A stretch of 64,000 bases of DNA from assembly GCA_013265495.1 (NCBI GenBank), contig MU058213.1, forward strand, positions 5,108,854 to 5,172,853, written 5' to 3'. The stretch is from Vicugna vicugna (lineage: Eukaryota). Below, piece after piece: positions 12,170 to 25,873 of this stretch. The notes under the pieces were generated by a model. That model worked only from the letters and a program-made list of their open reading frames with translations, made no database searches and was not told the DNA's origin. The number at the start of each line of letters is the position of its first letter. Within the stretch, counting starts at the first letter, position 1. The position numbers and the translations under genes were made by a program.

Positions 12170-12670
12170 ATTTTTTTCCAACATTATTATGAAGACTTTA
12201 AAACATAGAGAAAAGCTGAAAGAATTGCACAGTGAATCCCCACCGCCTAGATCCCACCATTGACATTTTGTTATATTTGTTTTTGTCACTTATCCATCCA
12301 TTCCTCTGTCTATTTATTAATCCAAATTATTTTTTGATACATCCAAAGTAAGGTCCATACATTAGTTCCATCTACTCATAGACAGTTCAGTATGCATATC
12401 ATTAACTAGGTCTCAATATTTGTTTATGGTGATTTTTTGAGGCAAAGTTTAGTAAAATGTGCAGATCTTAAATGTACCACTCACGGAGTCTTAGGACCTA
12501 CATACAGATGTGTGTAATGCAAAACAACATCAAGATACAGAACATTTCCATCATCCCAGAAATTTCCCTTATGCCTCTCCCCAGCCAACTGCCACAATGT
12601 GTAAACTGTAAGTCCTAATTTCTTATTATTATATTCAACGAGAATAAAATTACACTGTCCAATGAATTTG
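12170..12670 (-). mobile_element. Old L1 3' fragments (L1MC/L1ME-like)
   Basis: AAACATAGAGAAAAGCTGAAAGAATTGCACAGTGAA; CATCAAGATACAGAACATTTCCATCATCCCAGAAA. Confidence 0.7.
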
Positions 12671-14371
12671 TATTTATAACCCGCATACCATACTGTCCCT
12701 GTAATAATCACTAACTTCATGGGCAATTACTATGTGCATGTATGTGATGTATGAGATCCTCTTTGAAGTGCTTTGCATGTATAAGCTTGGGATTTGATGG
12801 ATGTTCCAAGGAAGATGTAAGAGGAATCTGGAAATTCTGAAGGCAAGAACATTTTCAGAGAATGCTCTACAATTTTTTTTCATGACTGCTTTACATATTA
12901 AGATCTAATTTGGAATCCAAACTTTTCCTAAGATGTTTCTGATTAAATTCGTATGAAACCAAAAATTTGAATCCTAGACTAAAAGTGACTCCACAAAGCT
13001 CTAAAGGGCAGAGGGACATACAGGTGCTCTCCCTGACAGCTTCAGAAGCAGCCTAGACATATGGAAGCCCAATTGCGCTGTGAACTTAGGATCCAGCTAG
13101 CATCTTTAGAATTTCTGATCTGGAGCTTTCTGGACCAATGTTGGAAAGAGGCATGAAAGAAGAAACCTTGAGTTCTGTCTGTGAGGCCTTAGGCAAATCG
13201 TTTAAGCTCCCTAGGGCTCAGTTTCTTGTGTATATGATGTAGGATTAGTCAAGGGCACTAGCCTCAGCTTCATTACCTGATACTCTGGCAAGTGTCTATC
13301 TTTGGCAGAGAAAAGGTGGCACTGCAGCAGGGATTTGCATTTAACTCATAGCCTGTATCTTTTCTCTGCAGCAGCCTGTAAAACATTTGGGAACACCCCA
13401 CGTGTCAGGCAGGTAAATGTCATCCTTGCTTGTGTGTTGCCAATGGCAGGAAGTTGGGAACGGCTGCGCTGGGTATTTCCAGGGTCTCTTTCAGGGCTAA
13501 ACTTTGCAGCCCCCATGTTTCTGCTCCTGTGTCTGAGAGGACATCCTGCCTCAGCCTGCTGCCAACTTCACCTGCGAAGAGCTCCTCCCTCAAAAATCAC
13601 ATCAGAGATTCAACCATCAGTCCTCACTTGGCTGTCACAGAGATAGCACTTTCATTTTGGAACAGACGGGTGTGAATTGGGAGAGAAAGTACATCTTCTG
13701 AATAAATCATTCCTCGAAGGTTATGGAGAGAGCTGTTAAGAAAGTCAGTAAGCTGACTTTGTAATTTTGTTGTTTGCTTTTTTCTGTTACTAGATCTCTG
13801 ATGTCTAAGAGCATGGTAGGACCTTTCCATCCTTTCTTTTCTTCCTTTCCCTTCCCTCTGTCCTTCCCTTCATAGAGCCATTGTCAAGACCAGCACCTGA
13901 GAAGCAAGAAGAGGGTGTGTGGCATGAAGGTAGTGTCATGCCCAATGGCTAAAGACGCAGCAGTGTTGGAGAGGGCACACAGAGGCAGCAGGCAGGGAAG
14001 GCAGCTGGCGTGGTTAGGAAATTGGCTACATTGAGCACCAAAGTCAGTAAGCCAAGAGAAATGTGCATAAGATTTCTCACAACCAAAACCAGACCAGGAA
14101 CTGCTGGCAGAACCACCTGCACTTCCACCGCTGTGAGGTGATGTCTCCAACATGTAAACGTAGCCCATAACCCGGGTGACAGCCTGGGATGCCCACAGGG
14201 CAGAGGTGTATTTTCTGCAAGGACTGGAACTACCCACTCCTCTCTCCCCTGTTCTCTGTTCTTCTCCCAGGGTAGTAAGAAAGACCTGGGTACATCGTGA
14301 CCTCCACCTTGGGATCCTGAATCATGACTTAACTAATAATTTTTTATTATTTTATTATTATTTATTATTCA

Positions 14372-16130
14372 ACTGGAAAAGTGAAAAATGAAAGATATCA
14401 AAGAATGTCTAAATAAATGGAGAGACAACACCATGTTCCCAGACTGGAAGACTAAATGTAGTAAAGATGTCAATTCTTCCCTAAATCAATGGTCAGGCTT
14501 AATGCAATTCCTATCAAAATGTCAGCAAGACTTTTCTGTAGACATAGGTGATAGTATTCTAAAAGTTATATGAAATTTCAAGGAATATAGAGTTGATATA
14601 ACAATTCTGAATAAGAAAAATAAAGCAGAAAGAACCAGCCTACCCAATTTTAAGATTTATTAGTTATAATAATCAAAATGTTGCATTTGGTAGATGGATA
14701 GTCACAAAGATCAACGAGACAGAAGAGAAGGCTCAGGAAAAGAACAAACAAATGTGACAACTAAATGTGCAAAAGCAATTCAGTGGAATAAGGAGAGTCT
14801 TTTCAACAAAAGGTGTTAGAGCATTTGGTCATCCATGAAGAGAAAAAAACCCTCAACCTAAATGTCATAACTTACACAAATATTAACTCAAAGTGGATCA
14901 TGAACTTGGACTTAAATATAAAATGTAAAACTTTAAAAAAAGAACATAGGGGAGAATCTTTGGGATCTAGGGCTAGACAAGAAATTCTTAGACTTGACAC
15001 CAAAAGCACAATCAATAGAAGGAAAAACTGATAAACTGAACTTCAAAATTAAAAACTTTTGCTCTCTGAAGGATCCTGTTAAGAGGATGAGCAGGCAGCC
15101 TACAGATTGAGATAAATATTTGCAAACCACGTATCTGATAAAAGAACAGTATCTAGACTATTTAAGAAACTTTCAAAACTCAGCAGTAAAAACCAGATAA
15201 TCCAGTTAGAAAACGGGCAAAAGACACGGCAAGGCATTTCACAGAGGATATACAGATGGCAAATAAGCACATAGAAAATGTTCAGCATCACTGACCATTT
15301 GGGAAATGCACACTGAGATAATCAGATATTGCTACACATCTATCAGAATGGCAAAAATGAAACACAGGGACAGCATCAAAATGCTGGGGAGGATTTGGAG
15401 AAACTGGATCACTCATACATTAATGGTGGAAATGTAGACTGGTATACCCACTCTGTAAAAGAGCTCGGCAGTTTCTTTGAAGAAAAAAAAAGAAAGAAAG
15501 AAAGAAACATGCAACTACCATACAATCTGACTATTGCACTGTTAGGCATTTATCCCAGAGAAATCAAAACATACGTTCACACAAAAACATGCACATGAAT
15601 GTTCTTAACAGTTTTATTGCTCATTGCCAGGAAGTGGAAACAACACAGTGGAGTGGGTGAATGGTTAAACAAACTGGTACATCCACACCACGAATACTAC
15701 TTGGCAATAAAAAGGAATGCACTACTGATACACACAATGACTTGGATGAATCTCCAAAGATATGATGAGTGAAGCCAATCCCCAAGGGTTACATACTGCA
15801 TGATTCTGTTTATATAACATACTTAAAATAACCAAATTATAAAAATGGAGAACAGACTAGTGGTTGCCAGGAGGGAAGAAGGTGGGAGTGGGAGAGAAGT
15901 GACTATGGCTATGAAAGTGTCACATGAAGGATGCTTGTACTGATGGAAATGCTCTGTATCTTGATGGTATCAATTTGATACCCTGGTTGAGATATTGTAC
16001 TATAGTTTTGTAAGACATTACCATTGGGGGAAATGAGGTAAGGGGTAGATGGGATATGTCTGTACTATTTCTTACAACTATATGTGAATTATAATGATTT
16101 CAAAATAAAAATTTTAATTAAAAAATTAAA
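14372..16130 (+). mobile_element. L1MC1-like LINE (ORF2 3' part and 3' UTR)
   Basis: ORF2 remnants MKDIKECLNKWRD and LLGIYPREIKTYVHTKTC; 3' end ACATTACCATTGGGGGAAA...TTTCAAAATAAAA plus A-rich tail. Confidence 0.9.
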
Positions 16131-16149
16131 AGCCAGAAGAGGGCATCTT

Positions 16150-16800
16150 GGCGAGGCAGAAAAAGCCCCAGATGAGGAGGTTGGAATCTGGGTCTGGTCC
16201 CGGCTCTGCTGCAAACTCACTTTGTGGCTTTGCGTTACATAACATCTGTGAGCGTTAAAGTTCCTCACAATAAAAATAAGGAGACTGAAGTGGGTCTTAG
16301 TCAATGTACTAGTTTGCAAGGGCTGCTGTAATAAAGTACCTCAAATCGGGTGTCACTTAGAAATTTACTGTTGTGGTTCTGGAGGCCAGAATCCAAAATC
16401 AGTGTGTTGGCAGGGTTGTTGTTTCTCCCTCTGAGGGCTGTGAGGAACGATCTGTTCCAGTCCCCTCTCCTTGGCCTCGAGATGGCCATCTTCTCTCTGT
16501 GACTCTTCACACAGTCTTCCCTCTGTGTGTGTCTCTGTGTCTACATTGCCCCTTTTTATAAAGACATCTGTCATATTGGATTAGGGGCCCACCCTTATGA
16601 TTTCACTTTAACTCAACTACCTCTGTAAGAGCCCTGTGTTCGAATCATGCCACACTCCAAGGTACTGGGGGCCAGGACTTCAACATCTGAATTTTGAGGA
16701 TGGGGACACAATTCAAACCAGGACACTGAGTATCACAGATGTGCTGTGATGAATCAGCACATGTAACAACTATGTGAAAGCCCTTTGCAAGAGGCTCTAT
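16150..16800 (+). mobile_element. MIR SINE split by an MLT1 LTR
   Basis: MIR 5' half at 16150-16300 and 3' part (TATGTGAAAGCCCTTTGCAA) at 16730-16800. Confidence 0.6.
16305..16725 (-). mobile_element. MLT1B/C solo LTR (ERVL-MaLR)
   Basis: TGTACTAGTTTGCAAGGGCTGCTGTAATAAAGTACC ... GGATTAGGGGCCCACCC ... GGGGACACAATTCAAACCAGGACA. Confidence 0.9.
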
Positions 16801-17039
16801 GGAAACCCAAGATTTAAAAAATCGTTAAGAACGTTATAAGAAAATAATATTCAAGCACCAACCTGGTGGACGAATACTGACCCAAGAGCCAGGGCACAGA
16901 TTAAGTCACAAAACGAACTCTGGTCAAGCCCTCTAGCTCGGTTCCTGCTTTCACCTTCCGGAAAACGAGGAGATGAGATTCATGATTTCCACGGTGACTT
17001 TAGCTCTGATATTCTGTTGGTTCTAATTTCATTATTTTA

Positions 17040-17490
17040 AAGTAACTTTCTACTTAAAGAAATTAATGTTCATTACAGAATAATTGGAAATGTCTAAAGG
17101 CATAAGGAAAAAAAATTAGCCATAATCTTATAACTCAGTAAAGAGTTCAGTGTTAACATTCTGGTATTTTTCTTCTAATTTTTCCCCAAATGTGTGTGTG
17201 TGTATGTATATGATTGTATATATTTGCACATATATATGACATATACACCACTTATTATATGTAAAACACTCACATGTCATATATAACACACATATTATTC
17301 ATTATACACATACACACATATTCTTTTTACACATTGGAGCTCATAGTATGCATAAAATCCTGATTTTTTTCACCTGGTATTATATTGTACGTGTTTTCCA
17401 ACTTCATTAAAATTCTTCAAATATGAAATCCTTATTGGCTATATAATATTCCTTTGAATGGAAGATCTGCATTTTATTTAACCAAATTCT
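17040..17490 (-). mobile_element. L1ME-like 3' fragment with (TG)/(TA) microsatellite
   Basis: GTTCATTACAGAATAATTGGAAA, GTTAACATTCTGGTAT, TATAATATTCC. Confidence 0.6.
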
Positions 17491-17589
17491 TAGTTCCTTC
17501 ATGCCTGCCTCTCTGTGCTCAGAAAGAAATTGTTGCAGATTTGTTACCGGCCCCAAACACAATTTCAGGCTTTACCCACCCCTGCAAAC

Positions 17590-18120
17590 GCCTTCAGTCA
17601 CGGAAACTTGGAAGCGAGGTGTGATGCTAGAGGAAGCCGCCCTCCCGCCGGGCGCCCTGGGGCTGCGGCTCCAGGTGCCTGGTAGAGTCCGGAGGCCCCA
17701 CCTACTGGGGAAGGGAGGAGTTTGGCACTTGGGTTGAACGTTTTTCGGGGCAATTCAGCAGCTGGGAGAAGGCAGAGACCCGGGGAAAGAGAGTCTATGG
17801 AAAGGGGGGAGGAAGGCAAACAGCAGAGAGCGGAAGAAACGCTCTGCCGCGGCCGCGTCCCGCCAGGGCTCTCGGCTTTCACCTCCAGTTTTCCCAGAGC
17901 ATCCCTGCCTACTTTCTGCTCCTAAACACTTCCTTGGGTATGGCTGGCGCCGGGCCATCCACATGAAAAAGCACAATAAAAACAAAATCTTCAGCAGATG
18001 CGGCAGCCCAAAGAGGGGCTTATGTTCAAGACCGCAGACCGTGCTCCGGCTCAGCAGATGCGGTAGCGCGGTGCACAGATGGGGAGGGAGAAGGCTGGCC
18101 AGCTCATTAAAAAACGCTGC
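17590..18120. promoter_or_regulatory. CpG-island-like, promoter/enhancer-like element
   Basis: High GC and many CpGs (GCCGCCCTCCCGCCGGGCGCCC, GCCGCGGCCGCGTCCCGCC), GGAAG ETS cores, non-repetitive. Confidence 0.6.
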
Positions 18121-18874
18121 AGAAGTCATTTACTTCAGATGGACTTCCTGGGCTCTCACAGGATGTGGCAGTCCAGCTCAGAATGCAGCCGTCAGGCTTT
18201 CTTTAGGGTAAGGATGGCCATGTTCTGTGACAGGGGAACTGAGATGTTACATTTAAAAACTTTACCCACTTCTGGCACTAATACAACTGTATTGATATTT
18301 CTAGTCCTTTTTTATGTTCTTACGGGAAAGAAATCCCATCAGAACCTAATGTGCCCAAATTTTGGCATAAATTAGAAAAAAGTAACTGTTGGGTTTCGCT
18401 CACAGTCTTTTAGTGGAGGGGGCAGAATGAGGATGAAGAAATCCCCTCCATTCTTGAGTTTGTCACTCGTTAGATGTGTGATTTTGAACAAACTAGGTAT
18501 ATGATTTTACATAAATGACTTAAGCTTTCTGAATCTGTTTCCACAAATAAAACATGAAATAATTGAATTATTGGTGGTTTGCTAAGTTTTTGACACTGTG
18601 GAACCCTTTGTTCAAATGAAATCTTACATGGAAAGTCCCAAGGCTGATACTTAAAGTATTTACCAACCGTTGTGGTTGGACCCCTCCCACCAGAGCACAC
18701 ATGAACCACAGCCCCATTGTGGAGACCTGAGAGCTCCTGCCCTGCCTGACATTAGCCCTTTAATTCTGTGATCATAGGGAGTTGATGGGTGGATCTCAGG
18801 GGACAGGCCACATGGACCAGGCCATGGGATATACTCAGGGAGATCAGGACAGCAACTGTTTACCAACAATTAGA

Positions 18875-19345
18875 TTCATAGCAGTATTAGTCACAATAGC
18901 CAAAACTGGAAACAAACGAAGTGCCCATCAAATGCTGAATGGCAAAAGAAAATGAGGTATATTCATATGAGGAAACATTCTGCAAACATATAAGGGAATG
19001 AAGGAGGGACAAATGCTATGACATGATGAACCTTGTAAACATTATAAACAGAAGAAGCCAGACACAAAAGGCCACATATTGGAGACCACTCCATTTATAT
19101 GAAATGTCTAGAATAGGAAAATCCACAGAAAGTAGATGAGTGGTTGCCAGGGGCTGGGTGGGTGGAAGACAAAGGGGAATAACTGCTTATGGTCTTGGGA
19201 TTTCTTTTTGGGACAATGAAAGTTGTTCTGAAATGAGACAGTGGTGATGGTGGAACAACTCTGTGAAGAATAATCACTGAATCATATACTTTAAATGGTG
19301 AATATTATGGTATATAAATTATATCTCAATAAAACCTATTTTTAA
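18875..19345 (+). mobile_element. L1MB-like 3' end
   Basis: CACAATAGCCAAAACTGGAAAC ... AGAAGCCAGACACAAAAGGCCACATATTG ... ATTATATCTCAATAAA. Confidence 0.85.
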
Positions 19346-19489
19346 AGGTATTACGAAAAGCAACATGCTCATATATTTAAAAGTTTAATAAAATATGGAG
19401 GTACCCAAGAAAACACAAAATGCTAAAAGAAGCACAAGGGAAAAAACTGGGAATATGAGCTGACTAATAATTATTCTCTCTTCTTCCTC

Positions 19490-20035
19490 AGAAACCCAGC
19501 CCTAGGTGGTTTTACAGGTGAATTCTATCAAACTCTCAAGAAACAGTTAATTCTGTTCTTAAATAGATTATACCAGAAAGCTGAAACAGAAAAATCTGCC
19601 CCACTCATTTTATGAGTTCAGTATAGCACTGATTACTAAATCAGATTTAAAATAATAGGAGGGAAGTAAATCAAAGACCCATTCCACTTCTGAACAGAAT
19701 GTGAAAATCAAAACAAAATTTTAGCTTACCAAATCAGATACTGAATGATAAAAAACAAATCCATCATGATTAAGAAGTTTATCTAAAACCTGTGAGAATG
19801 GCTTAACATGAGAAATTTTTCAATTTAATTTTCCTTGTTAGTAGACTAAGTAACAGAAAGCACATGCTATCTCAGGCTACCAGAAAAAGCATTATCTATT
19901 TAAGATTTTTAAAAAAATTGCTTAAAGCCTAGAGAGCAAGAGCTGCCTTAATTGGATAAAGGTTTTTACGAAAATTTACAGCACTTGTTATACTTAATGG
20001 AGAAACTTGAGATGCTTTTCCCAGTTTGGGGAACA
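19490..20035 (+). mobile_element. Old L1 ORF2 (RT region) fragment
   Basis: GGTTTTACAGGTGAATTCTATCAAAC; ATACTTAATGGAGAAACTTGAGATGCTTTTCC. Confidence 0.75.
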
Positions 20036-20039
20036 GGGG

Positions 20040-20512
20040 AGATAGGCTGAAAAACCCCAAACTTGTCCCCACATGAGAACCACTGAGACCAGAGAACCCT
20101 ACTTCTAGGTCCCACAGTGTCAGACAAGTAAGAACTTTCCCGCCACCTTTCTCCACTCTTTCCCCAACTTTGATCCTAGAGGGGTCAGAAATCATGATTA
20201 ACAAGGTTGAGGAGGCAGGACCAGTGCTCAAGAACTCAAACTCAGCACCTTAGCCCGATGTAGCAGCTGGCCCTCCAGGCCCAAGCTGTGAAGGTGCAGA
20301 AGCCAAAACTGTGGAGGAGGTGTAAAGCTGAACTTTTCACTGGGCTGAAAATATGAATTATTGAGCTGAGACTGCTTTTTATTACCTGAGAGGGACCACA
20401 GAACTCATGAGACTTGTCCTAAATTTGATCCAGGCACAGAGAAGAACTCATCCCATAGAATGCATTTAAAGAAGTAAAGGGAACCAAAAATAAAGATGCT
20501 TTATGATTACAC
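20040..20512 (+). mobile_element. Old LTR (LTR78-like), tentative
   Basis: GAGCTGAGACTG...ACCTGAGAGGGACC...AATAAAGATGCTTTATGATTACA. Confidence 0.4.
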
Positions 20513-20549
20513 AGAGTACATACAGACACCACCCACATGCCGTGATTAC

Positions 20550-20750
20550 TGGAGGTAATCATTAGATTACTTGTCACCGTAATCCTAGTAGGTAGATGTT
20601 ATGAGAATAATATTAAAAGTAATATTAAACCCACAGAGCAGGAAACCCTTGCTTGTAGAGGTTAAAGGATTTGTACAAATTCACAGAGCAGACAAGCGGC
20701 AGAGCTGGGGATTAAGTCCTGGATTTCTGACTCTACAGTCTTACTTGTGA
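20550..20750 (-). mobile_element. MIR SINE
   Basis: AGAGGTTAAAGGATTTGTACAAATTCACAGAGC...GGCAGAGCTGGGGATT. Confidence 0.7.
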
Positions 20751-21559
20751 ACAGAACATTTAAAACTCCAGACCTGAAGTAGAATGAAATTTCCTCCCTG
20801 TCCACATTAGCATCTGTTCCACACAGAACTTTCTATATGAAATACCTCTCAGCTTCATAGTGGTCCTCTTGAATTGAATCTCTATTTAAATGACCCAAGC
20901 AAAGCACTCCTATCCCAGTCACCCTTCCCCCGCGCCCCCTGCCCCACCATTCTGTACCTTCTGTGGCACCAGACCTACTATCAGAAGGACAGTTTCCTCC
21001 CATCAGCCTTCTGCTCTGGCTTGGCCCTGCACCTGAAGACATACAGCTTCCTATCTGGGGATCCCTCAGCCCTGTGCAGAACCATGTAAATGTGGCCTAA
21101 ATTCCAGAGTTTATAAAACCCTTCTCCAAGGATTGCACTGAAGCCCTTTCTCGGCAGGGGATGCAAAGGAGCTAGACCCCTCCCTCCACTCCAGCTCCTA
21201 CTACAAAGAAGGCAACAGCTCCAAGAGATCAGATCCTCTTACAAGTCCATGCTCCCCATCTCTCCTCCCTGAACCTGTTTATAGTCGTCTTATGTTGATC
21301 TTATACCTGGTCAACCTGCTGAACTATCTTATTAGCTCTAATAGTTTTACTCTCCTCTTGATTATATTAGTCTTCCCAGGAAGTTCATAATATCTGCAAA
21401 TAATGATACTGTTATCTCCTCACTTTCAGTTCTCTTACTTTTTTTTGCTGTTTGTTCGTTTCTTAAACATTGACCATGCTCTCAATTTTGGGGTAAAATA
21501 TCAACATTCTTGACTGGTTCCAAACCTTAAAGCAACACCCACACAAGTCTTTCTGTACC

Positions 21560-21719
21560 AAGGGTCCCCTTCACAGGTTGAACACGACCTCTGCAGTCAT
21601 ATAGGGCCCCAGGCTTGCTTTCATGCTTTGCTGTCACCATCTTGAAATCATAATTTTTGAACAAGGGGGCCCACGTTTTCATGTTGCATTGGGCATTGTG
21701 AATTACCTAGCTGGTCCTG
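21560..21719 (+). mobile_element. MER91A-like hAT-Tip100 MITE
   Basis: GCTGTCACCATCTTGAAAT...TTTGAACAAGGGGGCCC...TAGCTGGTCCTG. Confidence 0.8.
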
Positions 21720-22919
21720 TCTCGAGAACAGTCGGTGATGGTTATGTAACAAAATCTACAGCAGTCAAGAGTCAGCAAAGTGCAGTTTCTCCTCAGGGGC
21801 CTTATCTTATCTGGCTAGCAAAGTGTCCTATTGTTGGCATGTCAGAGCTGTATTTTCATTCTTCTTGCTAGGTACAGTTCTGTATGAATAAGCTGTTTTG
21901 TCTCCCCCCCCCAAAAAAAGGAAATGTCAGTTTACGTATGCCTTAAGTGACTTTGTGGCTGAGCCTAAAACAGAATGGAGCCATGAGAAATCAGTTCTTA
22001 TTATGTAAGAAATCAAGTCATTCCAATTCGGATTATCACAAGAGGACAACCAAGGTGGTGAACATGGAAATCATTACAGGAAACTACCGGTCGGATTCCC
22101 TGCTCCAGCCTGAGGACCTTGCCAACATTCACTAGGGAATTAACCATTTTTCCTTTTTCTGGGAAGCAGATGGGCTTAACCCATCTTAGGGCCATCATAC
22201 TGGGCTCTGTGTGCCTTTCTCCATGCCATACTCATAATATTCCTGTCAAAAGTCACTCCTGGTGCAGGACTGATGCTTACTTTGGTGAATGAGAATGTGG
22301 AAAGGCACCAGCCCCTTAATTAATTCAGTGAGGTGAGACAGAGGGAGGCCCACAGAAGGGACTGAAAGGGTCAGAATACCCCCTCACTCCTGCCTATGAA
22401 TCGATTTCTAGGCCCAGACTTGGAGCTTAGCTGTGGGTCCTGGACCAGCCCCTCTGGGTCCCTACTTTGTTCGAAGGAACTGGGAGAGCTGGGGGTCTGT
22501 GACATCTGGTTCATCAGCATTTTCCCACCTTTGGTGAAGGACTGGGAGCTGGAGAACTGTCTCTGGTAAGAAATGAGGGGAAAAAAAATCAAACAAAAAC
22601 TTTGACCCACCTACAGATCAATTTAAGGTCTCATCCAAAGAGATGAGTCATCTCTACCTCCAGCAGTTCTAGAATAGAAACTTTGTCCCGTCGAAAGGGA
22701 TTGAGGGAGGGGCTATACTTAGTTCAGAAACAAATACTTCAGAGGACATGAAGGTATGAGGGGGTCCACAAGCCTGTGGTCAGGCAAGCACAGAACCAGG
22801 CCCAGGGGGTGCAGTGCCGGCAAGTCCGCTTGAGCTCAGTGTAGGAAACAACCTTCCACCTGGAGCCCACCTTCAGCCCAGCTATTCACATAGTACAGCA
22901 GAGGGGCTGGAGGCCTTGA

Positions 22920-23490
22920 CTTTTATTAAAATATAACAAATATTCAGGAAAGTGCACGTAGAAGCAAACAGCTCTCTGAGATTTTATATACACCGCACAC
23001 CTGTGTCACTAGCACTGAGATGGCCACCAGTTCCCCAGAAAGCCCTTCTAGTCAATACCCTTCCACCCTTAACCCAACTTCTAACAGCATCTGCAGGCCT
23101 CACCTGCTCTGTAATTTATAGAAATGGAATCAGAAATTTGGATCCTTTTTGTGCCTGGCTTCTCCTGCCCATCGTAGCATTTGTGAGCTTCAGCCATACT
23201 GTGGCTGGTGGTTGCAGATGATTCATTCTCAGTGTGAATCTAGAACGATGTCTACGACACGAGTACTTGTTTAATGGGCCTTTGGGTGGTTTCCAACTTG
23301 CGACTATTGTAAAGAATGCTGCTCTGAATCTTTTGGTGTCTTTGGGTGAGCACATACGTACCCACTCCTTTTCACCAGGAGTAGAATTGCTGGGTTGCAG
23401 TGTGCGTGTGTGTTTTAGTTGATTCGGTCAACAGCTTCCAAAGTGTTTGTACCAATTTACACTCCCACCAGAAATGCAGAAGAATTTCAA
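22920..23490 (-). mobile_element. L1ME-like 3' fragment
   Basis: GGGTGGTTTCCAAC...GGAGTAGAATTGCTGGG...TGTACCAATTTACACTCCCACCAG. Confidence 0.8.
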
Positions 23491-25873
23491 GGCTTTGTTG
23501 CCCCCAAAATGCTTCCCTCATCTGCCCCATCAGAGATGTCTGGAATGTCACCATTAGAGGTGTACCCCTGGCAGGGAGAGCACACGCCTTCTTACAAGTC
23601 GCCAATATTGTGTTCCTCACTCAGGAAACAGATTCTGACAAGAGTCAAGATCACTGCAGGAAGACACTGTGCCCTTAAATGGCAGGGAAGGGAGACCCGG
23701 GACAGCAGAAAGGCCTGTGAGTCTGCCGCGTGGCCCCCCATCTCAGCTGTGGCCCTGAGGTGTCTCTCTGGCCACTGCCCTGTGAAAACCAGATTTGGCA
23801 TTTGTCCCACAGGCTGTGCTTACTGAGCAGAGACCTGTCCTCCTACATTCCCTGGGAAGGAAGAAAGATTAGTGTTGGTGCCCCCGCCCCCTCTAGAAGG
23901 AGTAGAGCCCCCTGATCTGTGCAGCCCCTCAGCTCCCTCTGCTTCTCTGTCCTGGTCCACAGCCCCACTGCCTGTGCTCCCCCAACCCAAACCAGCCTCC
24001 TTCTCCACTTCTCTCCAAAACAGGAATTATTTTGCACATTTTCTTCCCAGGTCCAAAAATAGGAAAGGGAAGGGAACAGCTAATCTGGTCCAGCTGCTGA
24101 TTTTGCTACTTAAAGATTTTTTTTAATAGTAATTCTCTTTCTGGTTTTCCCTCACATCTGCACAACCTTCCACCCTCCTCCCCAACACACACATACACCC
24201 TTTACAAAACCAGCCTCTCTAGAATCCAGAGAATGTTTCCTCCTCACCTGCTTGTACCTGGTCTCCACCTAACTGAAGGGGCTCCTCCACAGTAGTGCCA
24301 AGTCCCCTATGCTGGGGTGTTCATCTCTTGTCTTGCCCACATGCTGGTTGAATCACTACTGTCTTCTCTGAGTTTTAACACATCTCACTCCAGGAGGTGG
24401 GTGTCCTAGCCTTCTGCCATCACATTCTTGCTTTTTGAGAAGTTTGGAGGGTAGGCAGAGGTGACAGGAAGATCCCTCAAACACACAGCCACAGTGAGCA
24501 GGCAAGCTGTGAAGCACTCACTTTGCTTTGTGAACTTCCATGTGCTAAACTAAATTCATGCATCCATTCATTTATCCCACATGGGCAGCTCCTGGGCACC
24601 TAACTTAGGGCAAGCCTGGTGCGAGACGCTGGGGTGGATGCAGATGGGTACTTGCCACATGGCTGGCACTGAGAAAGTTCATGCTGGAGGCTGGTATCAA
24701 GGACATTGTAGGACTTAAACTGGGACTCTCTGACAGTGAAAAACACTTGGGGCACTGACTTTGATCAAAATGATCTCCAGCCAGATCGCTGTGGGGCTAA
24801 AGGCACTAACTCCCCCAGAATTCCCAGGGACTCCTTTTCTAGTGCCGTTCCCTACTGCAGTTCCCTACCTGCAGCCAAATTCATATAAGGAGCAGGGTTT
24901 GGGTCCCAGCAATGCCTCCCCCAACTTCTACAGCAGCCCTCAGGCCTCACCTTTCTTCCCCTGCTCCTGCCTCCCTCCATGGCAGGAGAGGTGGGGCCAC
25001 ACCCAGGTTACAGTCTCCACTCTCTGCTCCTTAAGTGATTCCACAGCTATCTTAGTGGCATCTCAAGTCAAATGCAGACATTTGGAGGGGGTTGTAGATA
25101 GAATCTTTGTCCTCAGATCCCACACAGATCTACAATTTTAAATGCCGCATTTTGTCTAATAATGTGGACCTTTTTCAGTGCAATTTTGGAAATTTCTTTT
25201 GGGAGACAGTTATAAAGTCTTGCTTGGCTGAGCAATCCTCAGAAGGAATCATCATATCCAGACCCAGGTTAGATTTCCCTGGAAAGCTTATGGGAAGGGA
25301 CTGTCTTTAAGAGCACAGAGGCAGATCATCTCATTTTTGGCTGAAGAGAACCTAGTGACAGAATTTTTCACATTCTTAGTACAGAGACCCCCATTATGAA
25401 GCTTTCAGTTTTTCCCCTGGGTTTCTACTCCAGGACTGGGAAGAGAGAGAAACACAGAAAGAAAAGGAAATTGCCTCCATGGGGAAATACTAAGGCAGCA
25501 AGTATTCAAAGAAGGCAGTATGCCTTACTTGTCTGAGTATCTCCAACTTCCAGCATCATCAACACTCAGTATAATGTTTGTCTAATAAATTCATGAATAA
25601 ATGAATAATTAAGTGAATGAAGGCAAAGAAATTAGATTATTGTGCTTAGCATTAGAGAAGCAACAAGAAGAATAAATTCCTAAAAAAGTCTATTTGGTGT
25701 GATATCCCAAAGCAAATGGGAGACAGAAATATGCTATAATTCCTTGGATTGGTCCTTGATCTGGGTGCCTCCACATGTCTCTACAAGCCTGCGAGGCTGG
25801 TCAGGGTAGAGGCGTGTTGAAATGCAGGTACAGGCCTCCTTGGAGTATACACAGCTGGTGATTCTGAGCTGTT

